From positions 1,952,001 to 2,016,000 of the forward strand of contig CBDDPY010000002.1 of the NCBI GenBank assembly GCA_965232515.1: DNA of 64,000 nt. Reading direction: 5' to 3'. The notes under the pieces are model-generated. The model saw only the letters and a list, made by a program, of their open reading frames with translations. It was not told the origin of the DNA and searched no databases. The position numbers and the translations under genes are program-made. Positions within the stretch are counted from its first letter, which is position 1, and each line of letters starts with the position of its first letter. This DNA is from Alphaproteobacteria bacterium. GTDB lineage: Bacteria > Pseudomonadota > Alphaproteobacteria > GCA-2731375. Shown here piece by piece: positions 47,574-57,194 of the stretch.

Positions 47574-49151
47574 ATGACGTCGAGGGAGCAGTCGACCGCG
47601 GCGTCCGGCGATCGGGCGCCGGCGGGAAGTTTGGAGCGTTTGCTGTCACGCAGCCCGCTGACGGTATATGCCTGCGATCCGCGTCGGAACTATCGGCTCA
47701 CCGCCGTCAGCGAGAACGTCGAGCGACATTTCGGCTATACCGTCGAAGAGTTCCTGGCCGAGCCGGCGTTCTACTTTTCGCGCATCCATCCCCGCGACGC
47801 CGGCCGGGTGTTCGCCGGGCTGGACACGCTGACCCGATTCGGCAACCAGGTTTTCGAATATCGCCTGCGCCGCAAGGACGGCGCCTATCGCTGGGTCCGG
47901 GATGATCTGGTGCTGTATTTCGACGACGCCGGCGATCCGATGGAGATCGTCGGCGGTCTGATCGACATCACCGAATCCAAGCGCGCCGAGCGGGCGCTGC
48001 GCGAGAGCGACCAGCGCCTGCGCGACATCGCCGAGTTGAGCGCCGACTGGATCTGGGAGACCGACGCCGAGAACCGCTATACCTTCGTTTCCGAGCGCTT
48101 GGCCGAGATTACCGGCCAGCCGGTCGCCGACTATATCGGCCGGTCGCGCTTCGAAACGCTGGCCGACGCCGTCGACCCGGCCCAGGTAGCGGCGCATATC
48201 GAGGATATCCGTGCGCACCGGCCGTTCCGGGACTTCGAGTACTGGATCAACCTCGCCGACGGCCGCCGTTGCGTCAGCCTGAGCGGCAAGCCCATGCTCG
48301 ACCACGCAAGCCAGTTCTGCGGCTATCGCGGGACCGGCACCGATGTCACGGCCCGCCGGCTGGCCGAGGATTCGCTGCGCGACGCGAAGGAGGAGGCCGA
48401 GGCCGCAAGCCAGGCCAAGACCCGCTTCCTCGCGCATATGAGCCACGAGCTGCGCACGCCATTGAACGCCATCATCGGTTTCTCGGACGTCATCCGGCGC
48501 GAGATGCTTGGACCGGTGAACGAGCGCTATGTCGAATACGGCGAGGACATCCACGCCAGCGGCCAGCATTTGCTGCTGCTGATCAACGACATCCTCGACC
48601 TCTCGAAGATCGAGGCCGGACGCCTGGATATTCGCGACGAGCAGGTCGATGTCGGCCACACGATCACCCAGGTCGTGCGGCTGCTGCGCGACCGCGCGTT
48701 CACCAAGGAAATCCGCCTGACCACCGATATCGCCCAGGACCTGCCGAAGCTGCAGTCGGAGGAACGGGTGGTCAAGCAGATCCTGCTGAACCTGTTGTCG
48801 AACGCCGTGAAGTTCACCCCGCACGGCGGAAAGGTGGAGGTCCGGGCGTCGCTCGACGACGCCGGCAACATGCTGATCGCCGTTCGCGACAACGGCATCG
48901 GCATCGCGGCTCACGACCTGCCGAACGTGCTGCGGCCGTTCGAGCAGGCGGCCGACGCCAACACCTCGTTCTACGAAGGCACCGGCCTGGGTCTGCCGCT
49001 GGTCAAATCCTTCGTCGAGATCCACGGCGGCGATCTCATGCTCGAAAGCGAGGTCGGCACCGGCACCACCGCGACCGTCCGACTGCCGGCAGAACGGGTC
49101 ATTCGCGACACCGTCGATGCCCCCGACAGCAGCGCCGGCAGCGGCGCCTAG
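47574..49151 (+). CDS. Cytoplasmic two-PAS sensor histidine kinase (orphan)
   Basis: Two PAS/PAC domains; motifs MSHELRTPLNAIIGF, NLLSNAVKFT, DNGIGI and GTGLGL. Confidence 0.93.
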   Translation: MTSREQSTAASGDRAPAGSLERLLSRSPLTVYACDPRRNYRLTAVSENVERHFGYTVEEFLAEPAFYFSRIHPRDAGRVFAGLDTLTRFGNQVFEYRLRRKDGAYRWVRDDLVLYFDDAGDPMEIVGGLIDITESKRAERALRESDQRLRDIAELSADWIWETDAENRYTFVSERLAEITGQPVADYIGRSRFETLADAVDPAQVAAHIEDIRAHRPFRDFEYWINLADGRRCVSLSGKPMLDHASQFCGYRGTGTDVTARRLAEDSLRDAKEEAEAASQAKTRFLAHMSHELRTPLNAIIGFSDVIRREMLGPVNERYVEYGEDIHASGQHLLLLINDILDLSKIEAGRLDIRDEQVDVGHTITQVVRLLRDRAFTKEIRLTTDIAQDLPKLQSEERVVKQILLNLLSNAVKFTPHGGKVEVRASLDDAGNMLIAVRDNGIGIAAHDLPNVLRPFEQAADANTSFYEGTGLGLPLVKSFVEIHGGDLMLESEVGTGTTATVRLPAERVIRDTVDAPDSSAGSGA

Positions 49152-49326
49152 TCGCCGAACCTGTCCGATCGGACGTCGGCACCGAAGCCGTAGCAACCTG
49201 TAAGGAACAGCCAAAGGCCGCGACCGCGGCCCGCCGGTCGTCCGGCGCGCCCGCACAGGCGCGGACCTTCAGGTCCGCTGCCATAAGCGGAAAATGGCTA
49301 AGGTCTTCCCGGATTCTGGGAAGACC

Positions 49327-49959
49327 TTAGCCTCCCATCGGCGGCATCGTTTCGCTGGCGCTGGCGCGCGCGTTCGTGGCGCCGCCGGCGCGGGCGATGT
49401 TCGGCCTGTCGGCAAACAGCCGTTCGCCTTCCGGCGTCACGCCGATGTAAGTGAAGATCGGGCAGAGGAACATGTCGGCCAGGCTGAAGCTGTCGGCCGC
49501 CAACCAGTCGTGTTCGCCGAGGGCCTCCTCGACGAGCCCGATCTGCCGTTCGATCTCCGGCAGCGCAGCCGTGATCTTGGCCTCGTCGGGCGTCTCGCCG
49601 CGCATTGGCGCCACCAGCCGGGGAAAGATCAAGCCACCGAGGATCGTGGGATAGAAGTAGGCGTTGATCGCACTGATCCACTGCATCATGCGCGCCCGGT
49701 CCAGCGGGTCCGACGGTTGCAGCGCCGGCCCGTCGAACGCGGCGTCGACATAGCTGCAGATCGCCAGCGTCTCGTAGAGCCTGACATCGCCATGATGCAT
49801 GGCCGGCATCTTGTTGAACGGATGCAGAGACCGGTAGGCATCGCTTTTGATATCGGCGTCTTCCACCACGTGTCCGACCCCCTTCTCCACACAGGCCATG
49901 CGGGCCGTGCGCACATAGGTCGACCGCGCGTCGCCATGGATCACGATCTCGCTCATCAT
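49327..49959 (-). CDS. Glutathione S-transferase family protein
   Basis: Motifs STYVR, HPFNKMP, YETLAI and FSLAD. Confidence 0.9.
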   Translation of the reverse strand: MMSEIVIHGDARSTYVRTARMACVEKGVGHVVEDADIKSDAYRSLHPFNKMPAMHHGDVRLYETLAICSYVDAAFDGPALQPSDPLDRARMMQWISAINAYFYPTILGGLIFPRLVAPMRGETPDEAKITAALPEIERQIGLVEEALGEHDWLAADSFSLADMFLCPIFTYIGVTPEGERLFADRPNIARAGGATNARASASETMPPMGG

Positions 49960-49992
49960 GTCGCCTCCCCTTGTCGTCGATTGTCGTCGGCC

Positions 49993-50439
49993 TCAGATGC
50001 TCTCCAGATACTCCTGGTAATGCGCCAGGCAGCTTTCCCAACCGCCGCGATGCTGGTCGCGAGCCGCTTCGGTCTGGAAACGCTCGTGCAGCAGCACGAC
50101 CTCGGTGCCGGCCGAGGTGTCCGCGAAGCTCACCGTCACCAGCGTCATCGGGCTGTCGCCGTCCTGCCACTGCCAGGTAAAGGCCAGGCGTTCGCCCGGC
50201 AGCACCTCGCAGTATTCGCCGGCCGCGGTATGGCCATCGCCCTCGGCCGCTGCCATGGTGATGCGATAGCGGCCGCCGACACGCACATCCATTTCATGCA
50301 CCTCGGCAGTCCGGCCGACCGGGCAGAACCATTGCGCGGTGATCTCCGGCGTCGTGAACGCGGCATAGACCTTGTCGCGCGGCGCCGCGAACGTGCGCCG
50401 CACCTCCAGCGACATATCGGCGGTAATTACGTCAGCCAT
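49993..50439 (-). CDS. SRPBCC/AHSA1 domain protein
   Basis: Motifs RTFAAPRDKVYAAFT, DVRVGGRYRI and HRGGW. Confidence 0.9.
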   Translation of the reverse strand: MADVITADMSLEVRRTFAAPRDKVYAAFTTPEITAQWFCPVGRTAEVHEMDVRVGGRYRITMAAAEGDGHTAAGEYCEVLPGERLAFTWQWQDGDSPMTLVTVSFADTSAGTEVVLLHERFQTEAARDQHRGGWESCLAHYQEYLESI

Positions 50440-50803
50440 CCTTGTCTCCCTCGTCGCGCGCGCCCCGCTCGGGCTCCGCGTTGCGTTCCAGATACGCCGC
50501 CAACCGGTCGAAGGCGCCGTCCCAGAAGCGCCGATATTGCTCGATCCAGTCGCCGGCGTCTTTCAGCGGTTCGGCCTGCAGCCGGCAACGCCGCTCCCGG
50601 CCCTGCCGCTCGCGCAGCAGCAGGCCGGCGTTTTCCAGCACGGTCAGGTGTTTCGAAATGGCCGGCAGCGACATGTCGAACGGCTCGGCGAGCTCGCCCA
50701 CCGTCGCCTCGCCCAGCGTCAGCCGGGCCATGATCGCCCGCCGCGTCGGATCGGCCAGCGCCGCGAATGTGGCGTTTAGTCCGTCATCAATTTGCTTAAC
50801 CAT
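50432..50803 (-). CDS. ArsR/SmtB family regulator
   Basis: Motifs FAALADPTRRAI and SKHLTVLENAGL. Confidence 0.92.
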   Translation of the reverse strand: MVKQIDDGLNATFAALADPTRRAIMARLTLGEATVGELAEPFDMSLPAISKHLTVLENAGLLLRERQGRERRCRLQAEPLKDAGDWIEQYRRFWDGAFDRLAAYLERNAEPERGARDEGDKDG

Positions 50804-50811
50804 GCGGTTAA
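50796..50811. promoter_or_regulatory. Autoregulatory ArsR operator overlapping the start codon
   Basis: Palindrome TTAACC-ATGC-GGTTAA. Confidence 0.65.
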
Positions 50812-50857
50812 ATTTAGCAACGATGACGACGCCGTCAAGACGGCAGATGCACCGGCA

Positions 50858-51544
50858 CTACACAGGCAGCGCGGAGACGCCGAAGACGAGCAGGTGCAGG
50901 CCACTGATGATCAAGACGTACAGCACCAGGCCGAGCAGCAGCCGCCACCAGCCGATCTCGCCGAGCGACAGCGAGGTCCGCCCCTGGGCGATGGCGGCGA
51001 ACGGCAGCCATGAGGTCACGGCCGAAAATCGTTCCCAGGACTCGGGATCGCGCTTCGCCTGCTTGGCATCGATCAGGTGCGGGCCGATCAGCGCCAGCAG
51101 CGCGAAGCCGCCGAACAGCACCAGCGACGCCCCGTCGCCGTTCACCAGAACGTGCGCCAGGCCCCACAGCGCCACCGACCAGAGGAATGGGTGCCGGGTC
51201 AGCTTGACGATGCCGACGGCCGGGCTCTCGTCCTTCAGCGCCTTTCCCTGTCCGACCGAGGTTGGATTCCGCGTCGTCAGCCCGGCGACAAGCAGAACGA
51301 CCGCCGGCAGCATGACGACCACCGCGATCCAGTCCAGCACGACGTGGCGGTCCCACAGCGGCACGAACGGCGCCGCGCTGTAGGCGTAGATCAGCCACGC
51401 CAGCGCGCCGATGGACGCCAGCGAGAACAATCCCTGATACGGCCCCTCGCCGATCCGCCCGACGATGACACCACGCAAAGCCGTGCCTGAAATGAAGAAA
51501 TGAATGCCGAGAAACAGCCCGCAGGCGATGATTAGCGGAACCAC
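50858..51544 (-). CDS. nnrU: NnrU family membrane protein
   Basis: Motifs TRHPFLW, WGLAHVLVNGD, TSWLPF and HLLVFGVS. Confidence 0.85.
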   Translation of the reverse strand: MVPLIIACGLFLGIHFFISGTALRGVIVGRIGEGPYQGLFSLASIGALAWLIYAYSAAPFVPLWDRHVVLDWIAVVVMLPAVVLLVAGLTTRNPTSVGQGKALKDESPAVGIVKLTRHPFLWSVALWGLAHVLVNGDGASLVLFGGFALLALIGPHLIDAKQAKRDPESWERFSAVTSWLPFAAIAQGRTSLSLGEIGWWRLLLGLVLYVLIISGLHLLVFGVSALPV

Positions 51545-51624
51545 GGTCGCCTCCCCTCACAGCGTTACCCCACTATGCCATCTGGCCACGACTGCCGGCC
51601 AACGCAACGGTCATTTCGTCGCGG

Positions 51625-52884
51625 CTAGCGGATCAGCATGAGGGATAGCTGCGGGAACCAGACCACGGCCGCCAGCACCAGCAGCATCAGCAGGATGAAC
51701 GGCACGACGGCGCGGCAGATCAGCAGGAACGGTTCCTTGAATGCGGTCATGGCGACGATCAGGTTCAGTCCGATCGGCGGCGTCAGATAGCCGATCTCCA
51801 GGTTCACCACCATGATGATGCCGAAATGCACGGGATCGATGCCGTAGGCCATGGCGATCGGCAGCAGAAGCGGCGCCAGCATCAGGATCGCCGAGCCGAT
51901 ATCGATCAGGCAGCCGATGATCAGCAGGAAGACGTTCAGCAGGATCAGGAACATCCATTTCTCGGTGACCACCTCGGCCATCCAGCGGGCCAGGTTCTGC
52001 GGCACCTGCTCGGCCGTCAGCAGCAGGTTGATGCTGATCGCCACGGCGACAATGGGGAACAGCGTGCCCAGCAGGCGCGATGTGTCGACCGCGATGTCGA
52101 AAAAATCGCGCGCCCGCAGGTCGCGGTGGATGAAAATCTCCACCAGCAGCGCATAGCCGACCGCCACCGCCGCCGCCTCGGTCGCCGAGAACAGCCCGGA
52201 ATAGATGCCGCCCAGCAGGATCACCGGCGTCATCATGGCGAAAACGCCCTGGCGGACGGACTGCGTCAGATCGGCAATGCTGAACGGACGGCTGGCGATA
52301 TGCCGGTTCGCCGCCAGCGCGTAGATCGACAGCACGCCCGTCAGCAACAGCCCCGGAATGATGCCGGCGATGAACAGGTCGCTGATCGAGGTCTCGGTCA
52401 CAATCGCGTAGAGGATCATCGGGATCGACGGCGGGATCACCACGCCCAGGGTCCCGCCCGAGGCCAGCGCGCCCAGCGCGAACTTGCGGTCGTAACCGCT
52501 TTCCAAAAGCGCCGGATAGAGGATGGCGCCGACCGCCAGCAGCGTTACCGGCGACGAGCCGGAGAGCGCCGCGAAGGTGGCGCACGACAGGATCGTCGCC
52601 ACCGCCAGCCCGCCCGGCAGCCATTGCGTCAGCGCCCGCATGATGCCGATCAGCCGCGCCGCGATCGAGCCGCGGGTCATGATGTTGCCGGCCAGGACGA
52701 ACATCGGAATCGCCAGCAGCACGTCGCGGTTGACGCTGGTCCAGATGTCATCGATCAGGTAGGTCAGATCGCCGTCGCCCCAGACCAGGTGCGCGTAACC
52801 GGCGGCGACGATCAGGATCAGGATGATGTTCTGGCGCAGCGCCAGCAACGCCAGAACGATGGCGACCAGGATCAGCGCCGCCAT
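51625..52884 (-). CDS. TRAP transporter large permease (DctM)
   Basis: Motifs LAIPMFVLAG, GTLGVVIPPSIP, DPVHFG and GYLTPPIGLNL. Confidence 0.93.
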   Translation of the reverse strand: MAALILVAIVLALLALRQNIILILIVAAGYAHLVWGDGDLTYLIDDIWTSVNRDVLLAIPMFVLAGNIMTRGSIAARLIGIMRALTQWLPGGLAVATILSCATFAALSGSSPVTLLAVGAILYPALLESGYDRKFALGALASGGTLGVVIPPSIPMILYAIVTETSISDLFIAGIIPGLLLTGVLSIYALAANRHIASRPFSIADLTQSVRQGVFAMMTPVILLGGIYSGLFSATEAAAVAVGYALLVEIFIHRDLRARDFFDIAVDTSRLLGTLFPIVAVAISINLLLTAEQVPQNLARWMAEVVTEKWMFLILLNVFLLIIGCLIDIGSAILMLAPLLLPIAMAYGIDPVHFGIIMVVNLEIGYLTPPIGLNLIVAMTAFKEPFLLICRAVVPFILLMLLVLAAVVWFPQLSLMLIR

Positions 52885-53391
52885 CTAATTGACGGCCCTG
52901 TCTACATCGCTGCCGCTGGAGCCGGGTTTCATGTCCGGCCAGACGGCGAACGCCAGATGCCGGAGCGCCGACGAGGCGAAGGCGTAGGGAATGACCAGCT
53001 GGATCGGCCAGAGCGGCCAGTACAGCACCGCCGCCCGGTCGCCGTTCGCGTAGGTGTCGGCGATATAGAGCGATGCGACGACGTAAAGCGACGCGTAGAT
53101 CGCGCAGGACAACACATCGCCGAAGCGTCCGACCGCGGGCCGCCAGGCCGGCGGAAACCAGTTGTCGGCGAACTGCGGCCTGAGGTGGGCGTTGGCCGCG
53201 GTGGCCAGCGACAGGCCGAAGAAGGCGGCGATGATGGCGCCGAACACGGCCATCTTCTGCGAACCCCAGATCGAGGTGTAGAGCAGCTCCCGGGCAATGA
53301 TCTCACCCAGCAGCAGCACGGCGACGATCGCGTAGGCGATCGCCGCCAGCACCGACTCGATCCGCAGGATGACGGCGAGCGATGCTTTCAT
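52885..53391 (-). CDS. TRAP transporter small permease (DctQ)
   Basis: Four TM segments; lies between dctP and dctM. Confidence 0.88.
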   Translation of the reverse strand: MKASLAVILRIESVLAAIAYAIVAVLLLGEIIARELLYTSIWGSQKMAVFGAIIAAFFGLSLATAANAHLRPQFADNWFPPAWRPAVGRFGDVLSCAIYASLYVVASLYIADTYANGDRAAVLYWPLWPIQLVIPYAFASSALRHLAFAVWPDMKPGSSGSDVDRAVN

Positions 53392-53413
53392 GTCGCCGTC
53401 CCGGCTAGGTCGA

Positions 53414-54418
53414 CTAGCTGCTGGTGCAGGCTTTCTTCGCCGCGATGATGCGCTTCCAGATCGGCGGCGCGGTATCGCCGATCTCGCGGATCAGTGCGTC
53501 CTGCGTGGCTTGCGCGTGCGCGCGCCAGGATGCGCGGGCGTCGCCGGTCGTGCGCGTCACCTTGGCGCCGGCCTCCTCGGCCTTGGCGAGCAGTGCATTC
53601 TCCGCGCCGCGGATGCTCTTGCGCAGATCGTCGACATAGTTCGCCGTCACGTTGAGGCCTTTGCGCTGCTTGTCGGTCAGGCGGTTCCAGACCTTCTTGC
53701 TGACCGTCACGGTGCCGACATCGTGCGTGCCGACGCTGTCGTAAATCACGTAGGGCGCCAGCTTCGGCAGGCCGATCGCCATGCCGTAGACCGTCGAGGT
53801 ATGGATGGCCTTGACCTGCCCGGTCTTCAGCGCCGGCACCATGTCGACCACGCCCAGCGGCACGCCGGCGGCGCCGACATTCTTCCAGAACAGCGTGACG
53901 GCATTGGTCGGCGGCACCCGCACCTTGACGCCCTGCGCCGCCTCGGCCGTCGCCATCGGCACGGTCGAGAACACCGTGGTGTGGCCGACCTCGACATAGC
54001 TCAGCAGGATCAGGCCCTTCTCCTCCAGCATCGGGCCGAAGATGGTGCCGACATGGTTGTCGAAGACGCAGTCAGACTGCTCGACATTCTCGAACAGATA
54101 GGGTGCGGCCAGCAGCGCGATCTCTGGCACCACCAGCGAGGTCGCGGTGTTGGACTGGCCCGACATGTCGATGCGGCCGCGCACCACCTGGCGCAGCGTG
54201 GTCTGCTCGTCGCCCAGCTGCGAGCTCCAGAAGATGTTGATCTTCATGGTGCCCTCGGCCGTCTCCTCGGCGACGCTGGAAACCTCTTTCAGATAAACGC
54301 CCCACGGCGTCTGCTCCGGCGCCGCGGTGGCGTAGCGCAGTTCGGTCACGTCGGCGGCGCGCGCGCCGGCGATGGTGAAGAAAGCCAGCGTCAGCGCCAG
54401 CGAGATGCGTTGGACCAT
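53414..54418 (-). CDS. TRAP transporter substrate-binding protein (DctP)
   Basis: Signal peptide from ATG 54418; motifs ATAAPEQTPW, LGDE, KVRV and PALKTG. Confidence 0.9.
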   Translation of the reverse strand: MVQRISLALTLAFFTIAGARAADVTELRYATAAPEQTPWGVYLKEVSSVAEETAEGTMKINIFWSSQLGDEQTTLRQVVRGRIDMSGQSNTATSLVVPEIALLAAPYLFENVEQSDCVFDNHVGTIFGPMLEEKGLILLSYVEVGHTTVFSTVPMATAEAAQGVKVRVPPTNAVTLFWKNVGAAGVPLGVVDMVPALKTGQVKAIHTSTVYGMAIGLPKLAPYVIYDSVGTHDVGTVTVSKKVWNRLTDKQRKGLNVTANYVDDLRKSIRGAENALLAKAEEAGAKVTRTTGDARASWRAHAQATQDALIREIGDTAPPIWKRIIAAKKACTSS

Positions 54419-54520
54419 GCGTCCCTCCCCATTGGCCCGCCGGAATTTTTGTTTGTTTGGACGCTTGGTCTCGGCGCCCATATCGTCACTTTACGGACGG
54501 CCATCGCGGCGAGCGAGTCA

Positions 54521-54546
54521 CCTACTGACATACACTTGTCAGTAGG
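54521..54546. promoter_or_regulatory. Perfect palindromic operator (TetR-like) upstream of dctP
   Basis: CCTACTGACA-tacact-TGTCAGTAGG. Confidence 0.7.
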
Positions 54547-54602
54547 CTTTTGTCATGCCGATATTGCCGCCAGGCCGTGACAACATCGGGATCAAATCTC
54601 AC

Positions 54603-54992
54603 ATGCCGCAATACATCGGCGCACTGGCGCTCTTGGTCGACGATTATGGCGCGGCGATCGACTTCTACACGCGCAAGCTCGGCTTCACACTGGTCGAGGA
54701 CACCGACCTCGGCGGCGGCAAGCGCTGGGTCCTGGTCTCCCCGCCCGGCGCAACCGAGACCTGCCTGTTGCTGGCGAAAGCCGACAACGCCGAACAGAAA
54801 ACTCGTGTCGGCAACCAGACCGGCGGTCGCGTTTTCCTGTTTCTGCATACCGACGATTTTCAACGCGATCACGACAGCATGCGGGAAAACGGCGTCCGGT
54901 TCCTGGAGGAACCGCGCCAGGAGGCCTACGGCACCGTTGCCGTTTTCGAGGACCTCTACGGCAACAAGTGGGACCTGATCCAACGGGCCTAG
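54603..54992 (+). CDS. VOC/glyoxalase family protein
   Basis: Motifs LVDDYGAAIDFY, GNQTGGRVF, YGTVAVFEDLYGNKWDL. Confidence 0.9.
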   Translation: MPQYIGALALLVDDYGAAIDFYTRKLGFTLVEDTDLGGGKRWVLVSPPGATETCLLLAKADNAEQKTRVGNQTGGRVFLFLHTDDFQRDHDSMRENGVRFLEEPRQEAYGTVAVFEDLYGNKWDLIQRA

Positions 54993-55133
54993 CCGGGCAT
55001 CCCCCGGCCATGCAATTGGCGTAATGCTGCCCTGCATCAATCGATCTTGAAGACCGCCACGAGTCGGATCATTTGCGCCGCTGTGAGCGCCGGACATGGG
55101 TCGCCGACCGCCACGCATTTGGAGACAACGACC

Positions 55134-55268
55134 ATGCGCAACCGTTTTGCCACCCTGCTCGGCCAGTTCGGCCAACTGCAGCTCTCGGCCCGTTCGCCCT
55201 CGCCGCGGGCGCCGCGCCGCCCGTCGATCGAGGACCGGCTGATCGCCCTGTTCCGCCGCTATGCCTGA
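55134..55268 (+). CDS. Small basic hypothetical protein (44 aa)
   Basis: GGAGA SD, then MRNRFATLLGQF...EDRLIALFRRYA*; followed by a GC-rich hairpin (GGAAGCGGCCGGG/CCCGGCCGCTTCC). Confidence 0.45.
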   Translation: MRNRFATLLGQFGQLQLSARSPSPRAPRRPSIEDRLIALFRRYA

Positions 55269-55315
55269 CGGCGGAAGCGGCCGGGCAACCCCCGGCCGCT
55301 TCCAGCCCGTCCGTC

Positions 55316-56899
55316 TCACCAGAACCCGATCAGCACGGCCAGCATCGCCACCACCAGCAGGCCGCCCTGGACATTGAGGTTGCCGTACCAGGCCGGGCGC
55401 GGCGCGCCTTCCGGCACCACCATCTCCGGCCGCCAGGTCGTCCGCGCGATCTGTTCCGGATCGGGCGGCGCCGTCGACAGGCTGACGACGACGAAAACAG
55501 CCGTGCTGAACGCCGTCATGATGCCGACATTGATGGTGAAGTGGATCGGCCAATAACCGAACTGCCCGGCCAGGAACACGATCAGGCCGACGCCGTGGCC
55601 AAGCACCAGCGCCCAGAAGGCGCCGTCGCCATTGCCGCGCCGCCAGAAGGCGCCGACCAGGAAGATCGCCGCGATCGGCGGCACCAGGATCGAGAAGGCC
55701 TGCTGCAGGTACGACCAAAGGCCGCCGAAATTCGAGATCATCGGCGCCCAGGCGATGGCGATGACCATCAGCACCAGCGTCGTGATCTGACCGTAGCGGC
55801 CGACCTTCTCGGGCTTGAACTCGGGATGGCGCGGCTCGACGAAGTCGTGCACCACCAGCGTCGAGGCCGAGTTCAGCGTGGAGTCGACGCTCGACATGAT
55901 CGCCGCCACCAGCCCGGCCAGCACCAGGCCGGTGATGCCGACCGGCAGCATGGTCGTCACCAGCGTCGGGAACACCATGTCGGCGTTCGGCAGATCCGGC
56001 AGCAGCACCAGCGCCATGGCGCCCGGCAGCACCATCGTGAACAGCGGGATCAACTTCAGGAAGCCGCCCAGCATGGCGCCCCATTGCGCGTGCCTCAGGT
56101 CCTTGGCGCCCAGCACGCGCTGCACGATGTACTGGTTCGTCACCCAGTACCAGAAGCCCAACATCGAGACGCCCATGATGATGCCGAGCCAGGGCAGCTG
56201 CGGGTCGTCGAGCGGCCGCACCATCGACAGATGGCCGGCGGGCGCCGCGGCCACGACGGCGTCCCAGGAATAGCCAAGCTCGCCGAACATGATGATGGTC
56301 ATCAGCGTGCTGCCGAAGATCAGCACGATGGCCTGCAGCACGTCGGTGTAGACCACGGCCTTCAGGCCGCCGGCGGCGGTGTAGAGCCCGGCGAACAGGC
56401 CAAGGCCGAGACAGACCTGCCAGATCACCAGATCCGGGAAGAACGTTTTCAAGACCACGGCGCCGGCATAGAGCCCGCCGGCCGTGTCGACGATGATGCT
56501 GAGCAGGATCGTCACCACCGAAAAATAGGACCGCGAGCGCCGGTCGAAGCGCAGCTCCAGAAATTCCGGAATCGTGGTGATGCGCGAGCGCAGGTAGAGC
56601 GGCGCGAACACGAACGCCAGGATGATCAGCGGCACCCCCGACATCCACTCGTAGGTCGAGACGGAAATGCCGGCGGAATAGGCGGCGCCCGCCAGTCCGA
56701 TCAGCGTCGTGCTGGAAATGTTCGACGCGAACAGCGAAAAGCCGATCACGCCCCAGGTCAGCGCGCGGCCGGCCAGAAACAGCTCGTCGCCGGTCTCCGT
56801 CGTCTTCGCGACCCAGACGCCAATAATGATGACGATAACGAAATAGCCCACCAGCACCGCGATATCGATGCCGCTGATGGCTGCGCCAACCTCTGACAT
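55316..56899 (-). CDS. Sodium:solute symporter (SSS family, SGLT-like sugar transporter)
   Basis: Motifs FLAGR, SLFASNISS, PEFLELRF, GGLKAVVYTD, NQYIVQRVL and AAIMSS. Confidence 0.93.
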   Translation of the reverse strand: MSEVGAAISGIDIAVLVGYFVIVIIIGVWVAKTTETGDELFLAGRALTWGVIGFSLFASNISSTTLIGLAGAAYSAGISVSTYEWMSGVPLIILAFVFAPLYLRSRITTIPEFLELRFDRRSRSYFSVVTILLSIIVDTAGGLYAGAVVLKTFFPDLVIWQVCLGLGLFAGLYTAAGGLKAVVYTDVLQAIVLIFGSTLMTIIMFGELGYSWDAVVAAAPAGHLSMVRPLDDPQLPWLGIIMGVSMLGFWYWVTNQYIVQRVLGAKDLRHAQWGAMLGGFLKLIPLFTMVLPGAMALVLLPDLPNADMVFPTLVTTMLPVGITGLVLAGLVAAIMSSVDSTLNSASTLVVHDFVEPRHPEFKPEKVGRYGQITTLVLMVIAIAWAPMISNFGGLWSYLQQAFSILVPPIAAIFLVGAFWRRGNGDGAFWALVLGHGVGLIVFLAGQFGYWPIHFTINVGIMTAFSTAVFVVVSLSTAPPDPEQIARTTWRPEMVVPEGAPRPAWYGNLNVQGGLLVVAMLAVLIGFW

Positions 56900-57194
56900 G
56901 GCGTCCCCCTATTTGTTGTTTTTGTTGTTTCTTCAGTTGACCGACCCGGCTGTGCCGGACCGCCGCCCGCTTCGCGCGGTGCACGCGTTACGCTCATGTA
57001 ACTGAGGCGCAACGCATCGCCGTCCCCAGTGCCCGACGCGTCACGCCGCACGATTTCAACGCGTTTTGACGCGACCGGCCTCCCCTGGACCGATAAAACG
57101 CTCCGGGATCCTAGGGCGCGCCGCCCCTATCTTCCGGTATCCCCTTTGTTGCCATTTCGTGACGCGCGTGCGACCTGCTGCCGCGCGTGAAAAA

